Positions 29,355 to 39,435 are shown, counted from the stretch's first letter. The stretch: DNA of 63,932 nt from a virus (IMGVR_UViG_3300005512_002955:1-63932); one strand, 5' to 3'. The notes: a model not told the origin generated them from the letters alone. Numbers and translations: made by a program.

Positions 29355-29565
29355 TGAATATCTAAAAGAATATGAATACAAAATTCCTTTGCATAAAGAA
29401 GGAGTTTTAATGACTCATATTGATTGGGCTAGACAATACTGTAAAGGAAAGTTTGGTTGGCATTTTGATAAGAACAATAATGCTGTAGTAAGTTTTGAAC
29501 GAGAAAGTGATGCAAGTTTTTGGTGCTTAAGGTGGGTAGATGAGTACAATAAAAGAAATTCATAA
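29341..29565 (+). CDS. hypothetical protein
   Basis: ORF overlapping both neighbours; start revised to ATG 29341. Confidence 0.6.
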   Translation: MNYIDEYLKEYEYKIPLHKEGVLMTHIDWARQYCKGKFGWHFDKNNNAVVSFERESDASFWCLRWVDEYNKRNS

Positions 29566-30667
29566 TTTTTGGGGAATTGGCTCTAAAAACATCTACGGAG
29601 AAGAGTTTACTGGGTATGAGTCTGTTTACCACCAATTAGACAAATTTGACAAACCTGCCTTCAATCGAGACCCCGAACATACTGTATCTAGTGTTTTTGA
29701 CATCTATCGTAGTATAAATCTAGTACCAATTATCTATTACACAGAAAAAGGCATTTTAAGAGCCATTCGTGACTTTAAAGACAGTAGTTACAATGGAGTA
29801 AAAAACGGTAGAATAAATTTAGGAAACAACAAAGGACAACCTCTAAGCCGTTTCTTATTTCCAAATATGATGACTGCTGAACCCAAAGGCCGAGGTTCAA
29901 ACAGTTTGCGTGATAGATTCTATGACGATAAAAAACTCAAACGAGCAATACGTATTTGTTATGAGATGCGTGAAGGCAATAATTTAGTTTATCCTACAGC
30001 AGTTCGTAGAGCATTAGAACTTGTTACTGGAGAAAACGTACAAAACTTCAAGCCACAAAATGCCCGTGCTATAGCAGAAGAACTATGCCCTGTGATGTGG
30101 GGCAATGTGTATGACTATAGTTGTGGTTATGGAGGAAGATTGCTTGGCATAGGTTCAAGTAATATGAAATATAATTATATAGGAGTTGAGCCTAATACTG
30201 AGACTGTAAAATATTTAAACTATTTTAATGAATGTATAGAAGAAGCAGTAGGAGTAAAAGGCACAATAGTACAAAGTGTAAGTGAAGAATATCAACCCAC
30301 AGATATAGACCTTGCATTTAGTTCACCGCCCTACTTTAACTTGGAGAAATATTCAGATGAAGATACACAATGCATGGTCCGCTATAAAACGCTGGACGAT
30401 TGGTTTAATGGCTATGTTGCTCCGACCATTGAACGAATATATACTGGACTCAATCGAGAAGGAATTTTCGCCACTAATATCGCGGACTACAAAACCTACG
30501 GAAATAAAGAATTCAAAGTCGTCGAAGATTGGATCAAAACGGCTGAAAGAATAGGATTTAAACACGTAGGCACAATTAAAATGATGCTAAACACCCGGCC
30601 AGGAGTTGGTAATCAAAAACTAGCCGGGCGCGAAAAGTTTGAAGGCGTTTACGTTTTTAGAAAATAG
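29540..30667 (+). CDS. amino (N4-C/N6-A) DNA methyltransferase-like protein
   Basis: SAM-binding YDYSCGYGGRL and catalytic FSSPPYF motifs. Confidence 0.75.
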   Translation: MSTIKEIHNFWGIGSKNIYGEEFTGYESVYHQLDKFDKPAFNRDPEHTVSSVFDIYRSINLVPIIYYTEKGILRAIRDFKDSSYNGVKNGRINLGNNKGQPLSRFLFPNMMTAEPKGRGSNSLRDRFYDDKKLKRAIRICYEMREGNNLVYPTAVRRALELVTGENVQNFKPQNARAIAEELCPVMWGNVYDYSCGYGGRLLGIGSSNMKYNYIGVEPNTETVKYLNYFNECIEEAVGVKGTIVQSVSEEYQPTDIDLAFSSPPYFNLEKYSDEDTQCMVRYKTLDDWFNGYVAPTIERIYTGLNREGIFATNIADYKTYGNKEFKVVEDWIKTAERIGFKHVGTIKMMLNTRPGVGNQKLAGREKFEGVYVFRK

Positions 30668-31390
30668 TTATTCATCTCCATAAATTTGTAAAACTTCCTT
30701 AACTGCTTCGTGTCTTTCAATATCTCCTTGTGAAAACTGGACTATGTCCAAACGGGTGGAATTCTTTGCCTGTAACCTTTGAACAAAGCGAATTAAACCA
30801 TTGTCATTGATCCTGTCTGCTTGTGCAAGATCACCAGTTACAGCCATTCTAGATCCTTCGCCTAATCTAGTCAGCAACATCTTCATTTGGTTTTCTGTTG
30901 CGTTTTGCATTTCGTCTGCAAGTATAAATGAATTTTTAAATGTTCTTCCTCGCATAAACGCAAGAGGAGCAATTTCTATAATGCCTTCATTTATCATTCC
31001 TTCTATTTCTCTAGCATTAAAATAGTCCCTTAAAACATCAAATATAGGTCTTGTCCAAGGAGCCATTTTTTGCTCTAGCGTTCCTGGTAAAAAGCCTAAA
31101 TCTTCATCTACACTGACTGCTGGTCTGGTAACAATAATTTTATCAATTTTGCCTTCCTTGAACATCTTTACAGCCACCTGCACTGCAAGCAGTGTCTTAC
31201 CAGTTCCCGCTGGACCAACTCCGAAGACTATGTCTTTTTTCGGATCCAACAGTTTTAGCATGTATGATTCTTGATGTGTATTTCTAGGAAGTATTGTTAC
31301 TTGGTTTTGTTTTTTAAAGTTTGAAAAGTCAACTACATTTGCGTAGTCGTTTAGTTGTCTCTGTTTACGAGACGCTCTTTTTGCACCCAT
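30668..31390 (-). CDS. phoH: PhoH-family ATPase (start revised to ATG 31390)
   Basis: GPAGTGKT, TRPAV, LGFLPG, FMRGRTF, ADEMQN, TRLGEGS..AVTGD; AGGAGG SD. Confidence 0.95.
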   Translation of the reverse strand: MGAKRASRKQRQLNDYANVVDFSNFKKQNQVTILPRNTHQESYMLKLLDPKKDIVFGVGPAGTGKTLLAVQVAVKMFKEGKIDKIIVTRPAVSVDEDLGFLPGTLEQKMAPWTRPIFDVLRDYFNAREIEGMINEGIIEIAPLAFMRGRTFKNSFILADEMQNATENQMKMLLTRLGEGSRMAVTGDLAQADRINDNGLIRFVQRLQAKNSTRLDIVQFSQGDIERHEAVKEVLQIYGDE

Positions 31391-31453
31391 TAAGTCCTCC
31401 TTATGGATTGATATAGTAGGACAAGTGCCAACGTAGGCTTTCATCCTACATTG

Positions 31454-31511
31454 TATTTAGCAGACAGTATCTCATCAAAAGCACATAGATATATGTTTTT
31501 TACGATAAATA
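31454..31511. promoter_or_regulatory. divergent late-type promoters (phoH / 31536 operon)
   Basis: TAAATA on minus strand 31454-31459 and on plus strand 31506-31511. Confidence 0.6.
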
Positions 31512-31535
31512 ACTATAACAAAACTGGAATAAAAA

Positions 31536-32105
31536 ATGCAAGATATTTACGACATCATTAAAAACGTAGAAGGCATCTATGAAAGCACAACATCTTTTCA
31601 AGTTCTAAAAGATTTTGAGCGTGTTTTAGATGAATTAGATTTGTATGTATATGCAAACTGGCAAGACGGTGAACTTGCTGAAGGTCCAAATATAGATAGA
31701 CATTGGATTACTTGTAAATTCTTTTGGCCAAGAGCTAAAATGCCAGATCCAATGGGAGGCAAACGTTTACTAGATTATGACTGTAAAGTATCGTACGAAA
31801 AAACCTATATAATCAAACCTCGTAAAATTCGCAAACCAAGTGATATACGTCCTGGTACTAAAAAAGGAAAACTGGACAAAATGCCTATTTGGATTGTAGA
31901 AATTATGATGCCTAAAAAGTTAATTGCAACCATTTACAGTTCATATGCTGAAATGAAAGATATGATTGCAGAACCTGCACAACAGGCAATGCAAGCACAA
32001 CCGGGTGAACAACCTGCAGATGCAGCAGGTGAAGGTGCAGTTCCGGCTCCGGCAGAAGGCGCAGCTCCAGCAGCTGGTGGTGAGGAAGCTGGAGGTACAA
32101 TTTAA
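31536..32105 (+). CDS. hypothetical phage protein with A/P/E/G-rich tail
   Basis: DFERVLDELDLYVYANW..GEL..GP; late promoter upstream. Confidence 0.8.
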   Translation: MQDIYDIIKNVEGIYESTTSFQVLKDFERVLDELDLYVYANWQDGELAEGPNIDRHWITCKFFWPRAKMPDPMGGKRLLDYDCKVSYEKTYIIKPRKIRKPSDIRPGTKKGKLDKMPIWIVEIMMPKKLIATIYSSYAEMKDMIAEPAQQAMQAQPGEQPADAAGEGAVPAPAEGAAPAAGGEEAGGTI

Positions 32106-32821
32106 TGGGTTTACGACAACAAGACCTCAAATCAACCATCTACGATATTTTTGAAATAGATAGTTTCCAGTCTAAAATGGGAGAAGATCAAGACATTGTG
32201 ACACTAAGTTTTAGTGTCAGAGATAAAGCCCCTGCAGATGATCTTGTAAAATTTTTAGAAGGTGGTTACAGTTTTATACTAGATGCTGATGTAACACCAG
32301 GTGAACAAAGTGATGGAACATATAAAGTTTTTGTTGAAATGGAAAGAAACAGACATGTACCTGAGCAAGTTTATGAAATTATAGACGGTATAAAAAAGAT
32401 AGGTGCGTTAGAAAATTTAAAATTTAGATATTATAAAAATTTTAAAAGCAAAGATGCTACACTTGAAAACTTCCAAGAAACTATTCCGCTAGATCCTAAA
32501 GATTATGGTTTAGTAAAAACTGAAACTACTATGGAAAATTACAAAAACTTTTTCAATAGAAGTTATCTGGATAAAATTGATATGTTGGAAAACACAATTT
32601 CTATAAAAAAGAAGTATGCAGATCAATTAGAATTTAAGTTTAAAGATTTTGGTGACAAACACGAAATTGATAACAAAATTACAGAAACATTTGATGTCAA
32701 TGGATATGCGGAAATTCTTTATCTAACAAAATATCTAGGTGATTACAATATATCTAAATATGGTAATGATATTCATATAACTAATGAAGACAAAACATTA
32801 GTTGTAGAAAGGATCATGTGA
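32105..32821 (+). CDS. hypothetical phage protein
   Basis: TAATG coupling to previous gene; 238-aa ORF. Confidence 0.8.
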   Translation: MGLRQQDLKSTIYDIFEIDSFQSKMGEDQDIVTLSFSVRDKAPADDLVKFLEGGYSFILDADVTPGEQSDGTYKVFVEMERNRHVPEQVYEIIDGIKKIGALENLKFRYYKNFKSKDATLENFQETIPLDPKDYGLVKTETTMENYKNFFNRSYLDKIDMLENTISIKKKYADQLEFKFKDFGDKHEIDNKITETFDVNGYAEILYLTKYLGDYNISKYGNDIHITNEDKTLVVERIM

Positions 32822-32973
32822 GTACCTACTGCAAAAATTGCGGACATGAATCACACTGTGGAAATGCGTTAACCAGAGACGAAAAAGACGGTGATAACAA
32901 GATCATAAATATTCGTGTATGTGAGCATTGCCGTTGCCAGGCGTGCCAAAAAGAGGAAGCAAATAATGGCTAA
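32818..32973 (+). CDS. 51-aa Cys/His-rich metal-binding protein (not in ORF track)
   Basis: GTG start overlapping previous stop; MSTYCKNCGHESHCGNAL...VCEHCRCQACQKEEANNG. Confidence 0.7.
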   Translation: MSTYCKNCGHESHCGNALTRDEKDGDNKIINIRVCEHCRCQACQKEEANNG

Positions 32974-33814
32974 AGAACATTTTAAATTTGAATTCGAAGA
33001 ATGGATGGCTGAAGAGTTAATCCATAGAGACGATTGGAAAGATTGGTATGAGGCAATGTGTGAGATATTACCTCTATGGGAAGTAGATACAATCGAAAGA
33101 GTTGCAATGTTTCTTGCTCAATGCGGGCATGAATCCGGCGGCTTTAGGGTATTAAGTGAAAACTTAAACTATAGCGCCGCAGCCCTAAATAAAATCTTCC
33201 CTAAATATTTTATAAGGGCAGGTAGAGATGCACAAGATTATCATAGACAACCTGAGAGAATTGCAAACGTCATTTATGCAAATAGGATGGATAATGGCGA
33301 TAGTGATAGTGGCGATGGTTGGCGTTTCCGCGGCGGTGGAATACTTCAACTTACAGGGCGTTATAACTATACTAAATTTGCTGAAGCAGTAGAAATGACA
33401 CCAGAAGAAGCAGTTGACTATGTGCGTACTAAAAAAGGCGCACTAGATTCAGCATGTTGGTTCTGGGATACAAACGGTTTAAACAAATACTGTGATGACC
33501 AAGATATTGTTGGTGCAACTAAAAAAATTAATGGTGGAACAATTGGTTTAGACGACCGCAAAAAACACTATCTACATGCATTAGATGTGCTAGGTGGTGA
33601 CTATGAAGAACCTACCATTGACTACAATCAAACAATCCGTCAAGGATCGCGTGGTCCATTAGTAGCAGAAGTACAAGAGAAACTTGGTATTTCACCTGCA
33701 GATGGTATTTTCGGTCCAGGCACTGGTCGTATTGTAAAAGAATGGCAGTCTAGTCAAGGACTTGTTGCTGACGGTATTGTAGGTCCCAAAACATTGGGAA
33801 AGTTACTAGGATAA
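32966..33814 (+). CDS. endolysin: GH19 domain plus C-terminal peptidoglycan-binding domain (start revised to 32966)
   Basis: FLAQCGHESGG, ENLNYS, DGWRFRGGGILQLTGRYNY, INGG..GL.DR; ADGIFGPGT / ADGIVGPKT. Confidence 0.92.
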   Translation: MAKEHFKFEFEEWMAEELIHRDDWKDWYEAMCEILPLWEVDTIERVAMFLAQCGHESGGFRVLSENLNYSAAALNKIFPKYFIRAGRDAQDYHRQPERIANVIYANRMDNGDSDSGDGWRFRGGGILQLTGRYNYTKFAEAVEMTPEEAVDYVRTKKGALDSACWFWDTNGLNKYCDDQDIVGATKKINGGTIGLDDRKKHYLHALDVLGGDYEEPTIDYNQTIRQGSRGPLVAEVQEKLGISPADGIFGPGTGRIVKEWQSSQGLVADGIVGPKTLGKLLG

Positions 33815-33822
33815 ATTTAAGG

Positions 33823-34248
33823 ATGTTTAGTTCAATAAGAATTGCTATGATACTTGTATTACTTGCTGGAGCAGGTGGTGCATATTTTTATGTGCAAAAT
33901 TTACAAAAAAATCTAGAAATAGCAAGAGCAAATGTAGCAAAAATGGAAATTGCTGTACAAACAAGCGAAGCAAGTTTAAAACTTGAAAGAGCAGAAAGTG
34001 CGAGATTAGGTGAACTAAACAATCAACTTAGTAGCGATTTACAAAAAGCAGAGCAGTACGGAGATGAACTTCGTGCTACTCTACAAAAACACAACTTAAC
34101 ACACTTGGCTAACAAAAAGCCAGGTTTAATTGAAAAGAGAATGCAAGATGCGACTAATAAGTTATGGGATGATCTTGAGTCTATCACTACTCCTACTCCA
34201 GGGGTGCTCGATGTTCAAGACGGAACCAAAGATAGTAACAGTAACTAA
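33823..34248 (+). CDS. i-spanin (Rz-like)
   Basis: N-terminal TM helix then coiled coil, directly after endolysin, overlapped by lipoprotein gene. Confidence 0.75.
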   Translation: MFSSIRIAMILVLLAGAGGAYFYVQNLQKNLEIARANVAKMEIAVQTSEASLKLERAESARLGELNNQLSSDLQKAEQYGDELRATLQKHNLTHLANKKPGLIEKRMQDATNKLWDDLESITTPTPGVLDVQDGTKDSNSN

Positions 34249-34525
34249 TACAGTAAAAACCACTGTACCAATAGTTGCTCACCCTAAGAAAGTTCAGTTA
34301 AATGATGTTAAGATCTATGTGGTTTCAAAAGAAAATTATGACGAATTTGTTAAAGAATTTGAAGCTAAAAACGGTGCTGATGCATACATTGCAATTAGTG
34401 TAAAAGACTACGAAAATCTTTCCTTAAATTTTGCTGAACTAAGACGTTACATAGAACAACAGAAACAAATTATTGTGTACTATGAAAACGCAGTCAAACC
34501 AGAAGAAGAAGCTAAATCAGAATAA
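34148..34525 (+). CDS. o-spanin lipoprotein (Rz1-like)
   Basis: Lipobox LLLQG-C after hydrophobic signal; starts in another frame inside the i-spanin 3' end. Confidence 0.75.
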   Translation: MRLISYGMILSLSLLLLQGCSMFKTEPKIVTVTNTVKTTVPIVAHPKKVQLNDVKIYVVSKENYDEFVKEFEAKNGADAYIAISVKDYENLSLNFAELRRYIEQQKQIIVYYENAVKPEEEAKSE

Positions 34526-34547
34526 ATACTACTAGTAAGGAGTTACT

Positions 34548-34844
34548 ATGTGGGAAATGATACAACAAATGGCTGGTGATCGATTATGGATCTATACAGC
34601 AATCGCTGGTTCTTTGCTAAGTGCCGCATTTTTATTCTGGTTCAAAGATACAAGAATGGCTATATGGGCAGTAAGCAAGTTTGATCGAACATTAGAGCAT
34701 CTAGCAATTCGATGGGGCTGGACTTGGTTACAAAATGATCCTAATGCTTGGCGTGTAAAATATCCCAAAATAACTTCAAAGATTGATGAGCTAGAAGCTC
34801 GCATTGAAAAACTGGAGGGTAAAGATGCCAAGAAAAAGTCTTGA
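34548..34844 (+). CDS. small membrane protein (holin/antiholin candidate)
   Basis: One TM helix; TAAATA 34523-34528 and AAGGAG SD; adjacent to lysis genes. Confidence 0.55.
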   Translation: MWEMIQQMAGDRLWIYTAIAGSLLSAAFLFWFKDTRMAIWAVSKFDRTLEHLAIRWGWTWLQNDPNAWRVKYPKITSKIDELEARIEKLEGKDAKKKS

Positions 34845-35187
34845 AGAATTAGATGCACCTAAAGCAGATGCAGAAATAGTTGTGCCTGCGGCAAGCGAAG
34901 GTGTAAGTAAAAAGGTTAAATTAGATCTTGAAGTTGATACAAGCGTAAAAGATTTAGGGCCTAATCCATATGCTAAAATCATACACATGGCAAGAGCAAT
35001 AGATGCTTGGAGAATATTCCCTCGTATCTTTATTACAGTTTATATTATCTTACTGTATAGAGTTGTAATTTGGTATATGAATTTACCAGATCCAACTATG
35101 GAACAATCAGGCTTAGTTAGTATTGTAGTTGGTGCTGGCGCAGCATGGTTTGGTTTATACACAGGATCCAGGTCAGGTAAAAAGTAG
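34825..35187 (+). CDS. two-TM membrane protein (holin candidate); start revised to 34825
   Basis: GGAGGG SD; IDAWRIFPR...TM...PTMEQSGLVSIVVGAGAAWFGLY. Confidence 0.6.
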   Translation: MPRKSLEELDAPKADAEIVVPAASEGVSKKVKLDLEVDTSVKDLGPNPYAKIIHMARAIDAWRIFPRIFITVYIILLYRVVIWYMNLPDPTMEQSGLVSIVVGAGAAWFGLYTGSRSGKK

Positions 35188-35210
35188 GCTAAACACCTAT
35201 AAGTAGTAGT

Positions 35211-36050
35211 ATGGCTGACTACTACGACATTTTAGGTGTTCCGAGAGATGCTTCTGCAAAAGATTTAAAAACGGCTTTCCGTAAACTCGCGGCAAAGCAT
35301 CATCCTGACGCAGGTGGTGATGCTGAAAAGTTTAAAGAAATAAACGAAGCATACAACACACTTAAAGACCCACAAAAAAAACAAATGTATGATCAATATG
35401 GAACTGCTGATCCTCAACAAATGGGCGGCAATCCTTTTGGTAATTTTCATTTTGAAGGAGATGTGCAAGATCTTTTTAGTACTATGTTCGGGCAAGGATT
35501 TGGTCGGAGAACACAATTTAGAAATAAAGATATTCGTATAGGCTATAGAATATCATTCATAGATGTTTACACTGGTACAGGTGCTACAATTTCATATAAA
35601 CTTCCAAGTGGTAAAACTGAAATAGTAGATGTAAAAATACCTGCAGGTGTAAAAAACAATGATCAAGTAAGAATAGAAGGATATGGCGACAACAGCATTC
35701 CTAATGCTCCTAGAGGTAATCTAATAATACAACTTGCAATAAACAATCCTGCAGGTTGGCGTAGAGATGGTGATAATATATACACCGAACGCACAGTAGA
35801 TGTTTTTGACCTTATGCTAGGTAAAAAAATTACTATTACTACGCCTGAACAAAAAAATATTTCTTTAAATATACCTGCAGGAACAAACAATGGAGTAACC
35901 ATGAGTATAACAGGTCATGGCTTGCCCCAAGTAAATACAAATAGAAGAGGCAATTTGTATGTTAAAATTAATGCAATTACGCCTAAACTAACCAAGGATG
36001 AATTAACAAAAATTCAAGAGATAAAAAATGGAATTGATTTACGCACCTAA
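35211..36050 (+). CDS. dnaJ: DnaJ/CbpA-type J-domain chaperone (no zinc finger)
   Basis: DYYDILGV, HPD motif, FKEINEAY..L.D, G/F region, C-terminal domain; TAAGTA-N5-ATG. Confidence 0.92.
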   Translation: MADYYDILGVPRDASAKDLKTAFRKLAAKHHPDAGGDAEKFKEINEAYNTLKDPQKKQMYDQYGTADPQQMGGNPFGNFHFEGDVQDLFSTMFGQGFGRRTQFRNKDIRIGYRISFIDVYTGTGATISYKLPSGKTEIVDVKIPAGVKNNDQVRIEGYGDNSIPNAPRGNLIIQLAINNPAGWRRDGDNIYTERTVDVFDLMLGKKITITTPEQKNISLNIPAGTNNGVTMSITGHGLPQVNTNRRGNLYVKINAITPKLTKDELTKIQEIKNGIDLRT

Positions 36051-36537
36051 CGAATGGTTACAGAAAACTGTAAAACCTTTTGATTTTGATAAAATTGATG
36101 CTGTTGAAACTGCACAGCAAATGGTAGATATAATGGAAAAACATAGAGGTATAGGAATAAGTGCTAATCAAGTAGGACTTGATGCACAGATATTTATTAT
36201 TCAGCCTACACGTCATACAGAAATTAAACATGCGTTTGCTGTAATCAATCCTGTAATTTTAAAAATATCTCAAGAAACCGAATTAGCAAAAGAAGGGTGT
36301 TTAAGTCATCCTAATTTAATATTAAATATATCGAGACCTAAGAAATTGGTAGCACAGTTTCTTGACGCAGATGCAAAAGAGTGTATACTAGAACTTGAAG
36401 ACTACGATGCTAGATGTTTTTTACATGAATATGACCATCTACAAGGCATTGAATTTACAGACAGAGTTTCTAAAATGAAATTAGATATGGCAAAGAAAAA
36501 GAAAACAAAACTTGAAAAGAGGATTTTAAATGGTTGA
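36028..36537 (+). CDS. def: peptide deformylase
   Basis: GIGISANQVG, EGCLS, HEYDHLQG. Confidence 0.95.
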   Translation: MELIYAPNEWLQKTVKPFDFDKIDAVETAQQMVDIMEKHRGIGISANQVGLDAQIFIIQPTRHTEIKHAFAVINPVILKISQETELAKEGCLSHPNLILNISRPKKLVAQFLDADAKECILELEDYDARCFLHEYDHLQGIEFTDRVSKMKLDMAKKKKTKLEKRILNG

Positions 36538-38770
36538 ACCTAGCAAAGAACTAGCGTTGGTATTTGATAAAGCACTTGCAGATGCAAAAAAACTACAACA
36601 CGAGTATGTTACTATTGAACATTTGCTTTTTAGTATGCTTTGCAGTGATACATTTTATGGCACCTTAAAAGGATTTGGTGCTGATGTTGATTATATCAAA
36701 TCAAATCTAGAGCATCATTTAAAAGATAAATGTGATGAAATTAAGGTAGATGTAAAAAAATATAAACCTAAAAAAACACAGGCAGTTGAACGTGTTTTGA
36801 ACAGAGCATTTACTCAGGTTTTATTTGCAGGTAGACAAACTATAGAATTGTCTGACGTAATGCTAAGTGTTATGTCTGAAAAGAAATCAGTAGCGAACTA
36901 CTATCTAGAACAAGGCGGGATTAATCGTGAACAGTTTGCAGATTATGTAAGCACTGAACTAGAAACTAGTTTTGAAGATGAAGAACTTTCTGGACAAGGA
37001 CAAAAAGCACTAAGACAATTTACTACAGACCTTAATTCTGAAGTTAAGAAAAATAAGATTGATCCAGTAATTGGTAGAGCTGATGAATTAGAAAGCATTG
37101 CTCTTGCTCTTGGACGAAGAAACAAAAATAATGTTTTATTAGTTGGTGATCCCGGAGTTGGTAAAACTGCTATTGCTGAAGGACTAGCTTGGAACATAGT
37201 TAACGAAAATGTACCAAACTTCTTAAAAGAATACAGTGTTTATATGTTAGATATTGGAAGTATGCTAGCAGGTAGTAAATATCGTGGCGACTTTGAAGAA
37301 CGTTTTAAATTAGTTCTAGCAGGATTAAAGAAAAAAGGCAAAACTATTATGTTCATAGATGAAGCACACATGATTAGTGGTGCAGGATCAGGTGGAGGAT
37401 CTAATAGTGCTAATGATCTTGCTAATATGTTGAAACCTGCATTAAGTAAAGGTAATATCAAAGTTGTTGCAAGTACAACCTGGGAAGAATATCGCAAGTA
37501 CTTTGAAAAAGATCGTGCTTTAATGAGACGTTTCCAACGTGTAACGATTGATGAACCTACTCCAGATGTTGCAAAAGATATACTACAAGGTATAAAAAAA
37601 TATTATGAAGACTTTCATAAAACAACTATCACAGATGAAGCAATTGAAAGTGCTGTTAAATTAAGTACAAAATATCAAAGTGATAAAAAGTTGCCAGATA
37701 AAGCAATTGATCTTATAGACCTAGCTTGTAGTAGATTTAATCTTAAAGAAACAGACACCGATAAAATTGTAAATGAAGAACAAATCCAATTTGAATTAGC
37801 AAAGGTTATTAATTTACCTGCAGAACAGGTTGCCGAAAAAGAAACAGAAAATTTAGCAAACCTAGATAAAAATATTAAATCAACTGTGTTTGGTCAAGAC
37901 GAAGCAATTGATGATCTAGTAGATAAAATTCTTGTTGCACAAGCAGGGTTGAAACCTGAAGACAAACCTGTTGGTTCTTTTATTTTTATGGGTCCTACAG
38001 GAACAGGTAAAACTGAAACGGCTAAAGCTCTCGCTCATAACCTTGGCACTAAATTAGTAAGATTTGATATGAGTGAATATCAAGAAAAACATGCTGTGGC
38101 GAAACTAATTGGATCGCCTCCAGGCTATGTAGGTTACGAAGAAAATAATGGACTGTTAATTACAAAATTACAGGAATCACCTAATTGTGTACTACTACTT
38201 GATGAGATTGAAAAAGCTCATCCAGATGTTTCACAGATACTGTTACAGATTATGGATAATGGTAAAATCACAGGATCAAATGGCAAAGAAGCAGATGCAA
38301 GAAATTGTATTTTGATATTGACTACTAATCTTGGTGCATCTGAAGCTGAAAAGAACACTATAGGCTTTACTGAAGATAGTGATTATGATTATGAAGACAC
38401 AGAATTGAAAAACTTTTTTGCGCCTGAATTTCGTAATAGATTAGATGGTGTTGTAACCTTTGGAAGATTAAGCAAAGAAGTAATGCTTAAAATTGTTGGT
38501 AAATTCCTAGTAGAACTTAAACAACAAACAAAGGATAAAAACCTAGAAATTACTATTGCAGATGAAGCACTTGACTACCTAGTAGACAAAGGATTCAACA
38601 GAAAAATGGGTGCAAGACCATTACAGCGTGTAATTGACAAAGACATCAAACGACCGCTATCAAAAGAACTACTGTTTGGCAAATTGAAAAACGGCGGCAA
38701 ATGTAAAATTAATGTTGTTCAAGGAGAGATTAAAATTGAATATGATTCCTTCGAAACTGAAACTGTATGA
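36530..38770 (+). CDS. clpA: ClpA-like Hsp100 AAA+ ATPase
   Basis: Clp N-domain HEYVTIEHLL; two Walker A motifs (GDPGVGKT, GPTGTGKT); LPDKAIDL; GARPL; no ClpB middle domain. Confidence 0.92.
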   Translation: MVEPSKELALVFDKALADAKKLQHEYVTIEHLLFSMLCSDTFYGTLKGFGADVDYIKSNLEHHLKDKCDEIKVDVKKYKPKKTQAVERVLNRAFTQVLFAGRQTIELSDVMLSVMSEKKSVANYYLEQGGINREQFADYVSTELETSFEDEELSGQGQKALRQFTTDLNSEVKKNKIDPVIGRADELESIALALGRRNKNNVLLVGDPGVGKTAIAEGLAWNIVNENVPNFLKEYSVYMLDIGSMLAGSKYRGDFEERFKLVLAGLKKKGKTIMFIDEAHMISGAGSGGGSNSANDLANMLKPALSKGNIKVVASTTWEEYRKYFEKDRALMRRFQRVTIDEPTPDVAKDILQGIKKYYEDFHKTTITDEAIESAVKLSTKYQSDKKLPDKAIDLIDLACSRFNLKETDTDKIVNEEQIQFELAKVINLPAEQVAEKETENLANLDKNIKSTVFGQDEAIDDLVDKILVAQAGLKPEDKPVGSFIFMGPTGTGKTETAKALAHNLGTKLVRFDMSEYQEKHAVAKLIGSPPGYVGYEENNGLLITKLQESPNCVLLLDEIEKAHPDVSQILLQIMDNGKITGSNGKEADARNCILILTTNLGASEAEKNTIGFTEDSDYDYEDTELKNFFAPEFRNRLDGVVTFGRLSKEVMLKIVGKFLVELKQQTKDKNLEITIADEALDYLVDKGFNRKMGARPLQRVIDKDIKRPLSKELLFGKLKNGGKCKINVVQGEIKIEYDSFETETV

Positions 38771-39431
38771 GGTTAACAAACTATTTTACAATAGATTTGC
38801 CTATTCGCTTACACTATTAAATAAATTAACTTGCATATTTAGAAATAAAAACTTTAAATATGCAGGTTCTACTCTTGACAAAATACAAGCACAGTACGAA
38901 CAGGGTGAACAGTTATTGTTTACTACACAACTAAGACAAACATCTATTTCAGAATCACACTTTCTTGATGCTAAAACTGTGTACAATGAATTGACAAGAA
39001 ACAGGGACGATTATCTTATTAGATGTGAAGGAAACACACTAAACATTTACACAAATGATAAAGAATGGTTAATAAGTTTTGGTAATAAATTAAAAAATGC
39101 AACTAGTTGGCATCAGCCAAAAGAGAAATATATTCAATTCTTAAAAGAGAATACAAATACTATTATAGTAAACACTGATTTTCCTTATAATTTTAAAGTT
39201 ACATTTAATAATTCTACAGTTAATCCTACATTAGCAGATTGGCTACAAAACAATAATGATAAGGTTAAAAGTTCACGTTTACTACAAGAGGATATTAGAA
39301 AAAGCGGATACATCAATGGTCGTTATGTTTTTTGTACAAGCGAAAACGTTGTAATGCTTTTAAAAATTATCGCAGGAGATTCTATACAGAAAATAGATAA
39401 GCTAGTGCATAAGCAAAATATTGATAAATAA
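38742..39431 (+). CDS. hypothetical protein
   Basis: ORF overlapping clpA end; start revised to ATG 38742. Confidence 0.7.
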   Translation: MIPSKLKLYEVNKLFYNRFAYSLTLLNKLTCIFRNKNFKYAGSTLDKIQAQYEQGEQLLFTTQLRQTSISESHFLDAKTVYNELTRNRDDYLIRCEGNTLNIYTNDKEWLISFGNKLKNATSWHQPKEKYIQFLKENTNTIIVNTDFPYNFKVTFNNSTVNPTLADWLQNNNDKVKSSRLLQEDIRKSGYINGRYVFCTSENVVMLLKIIAGDSIQKIDKLVHKQNIDK

Positions 39432-39435
39432 CATT

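Noticed and set aside
9340-30670. Intrinsic terminators at the convergent gene junctions (9345-9348 and 30667-30668)
   Set aside because: The genes overlap or abut, and no GC stem followed by a U-tract was found.
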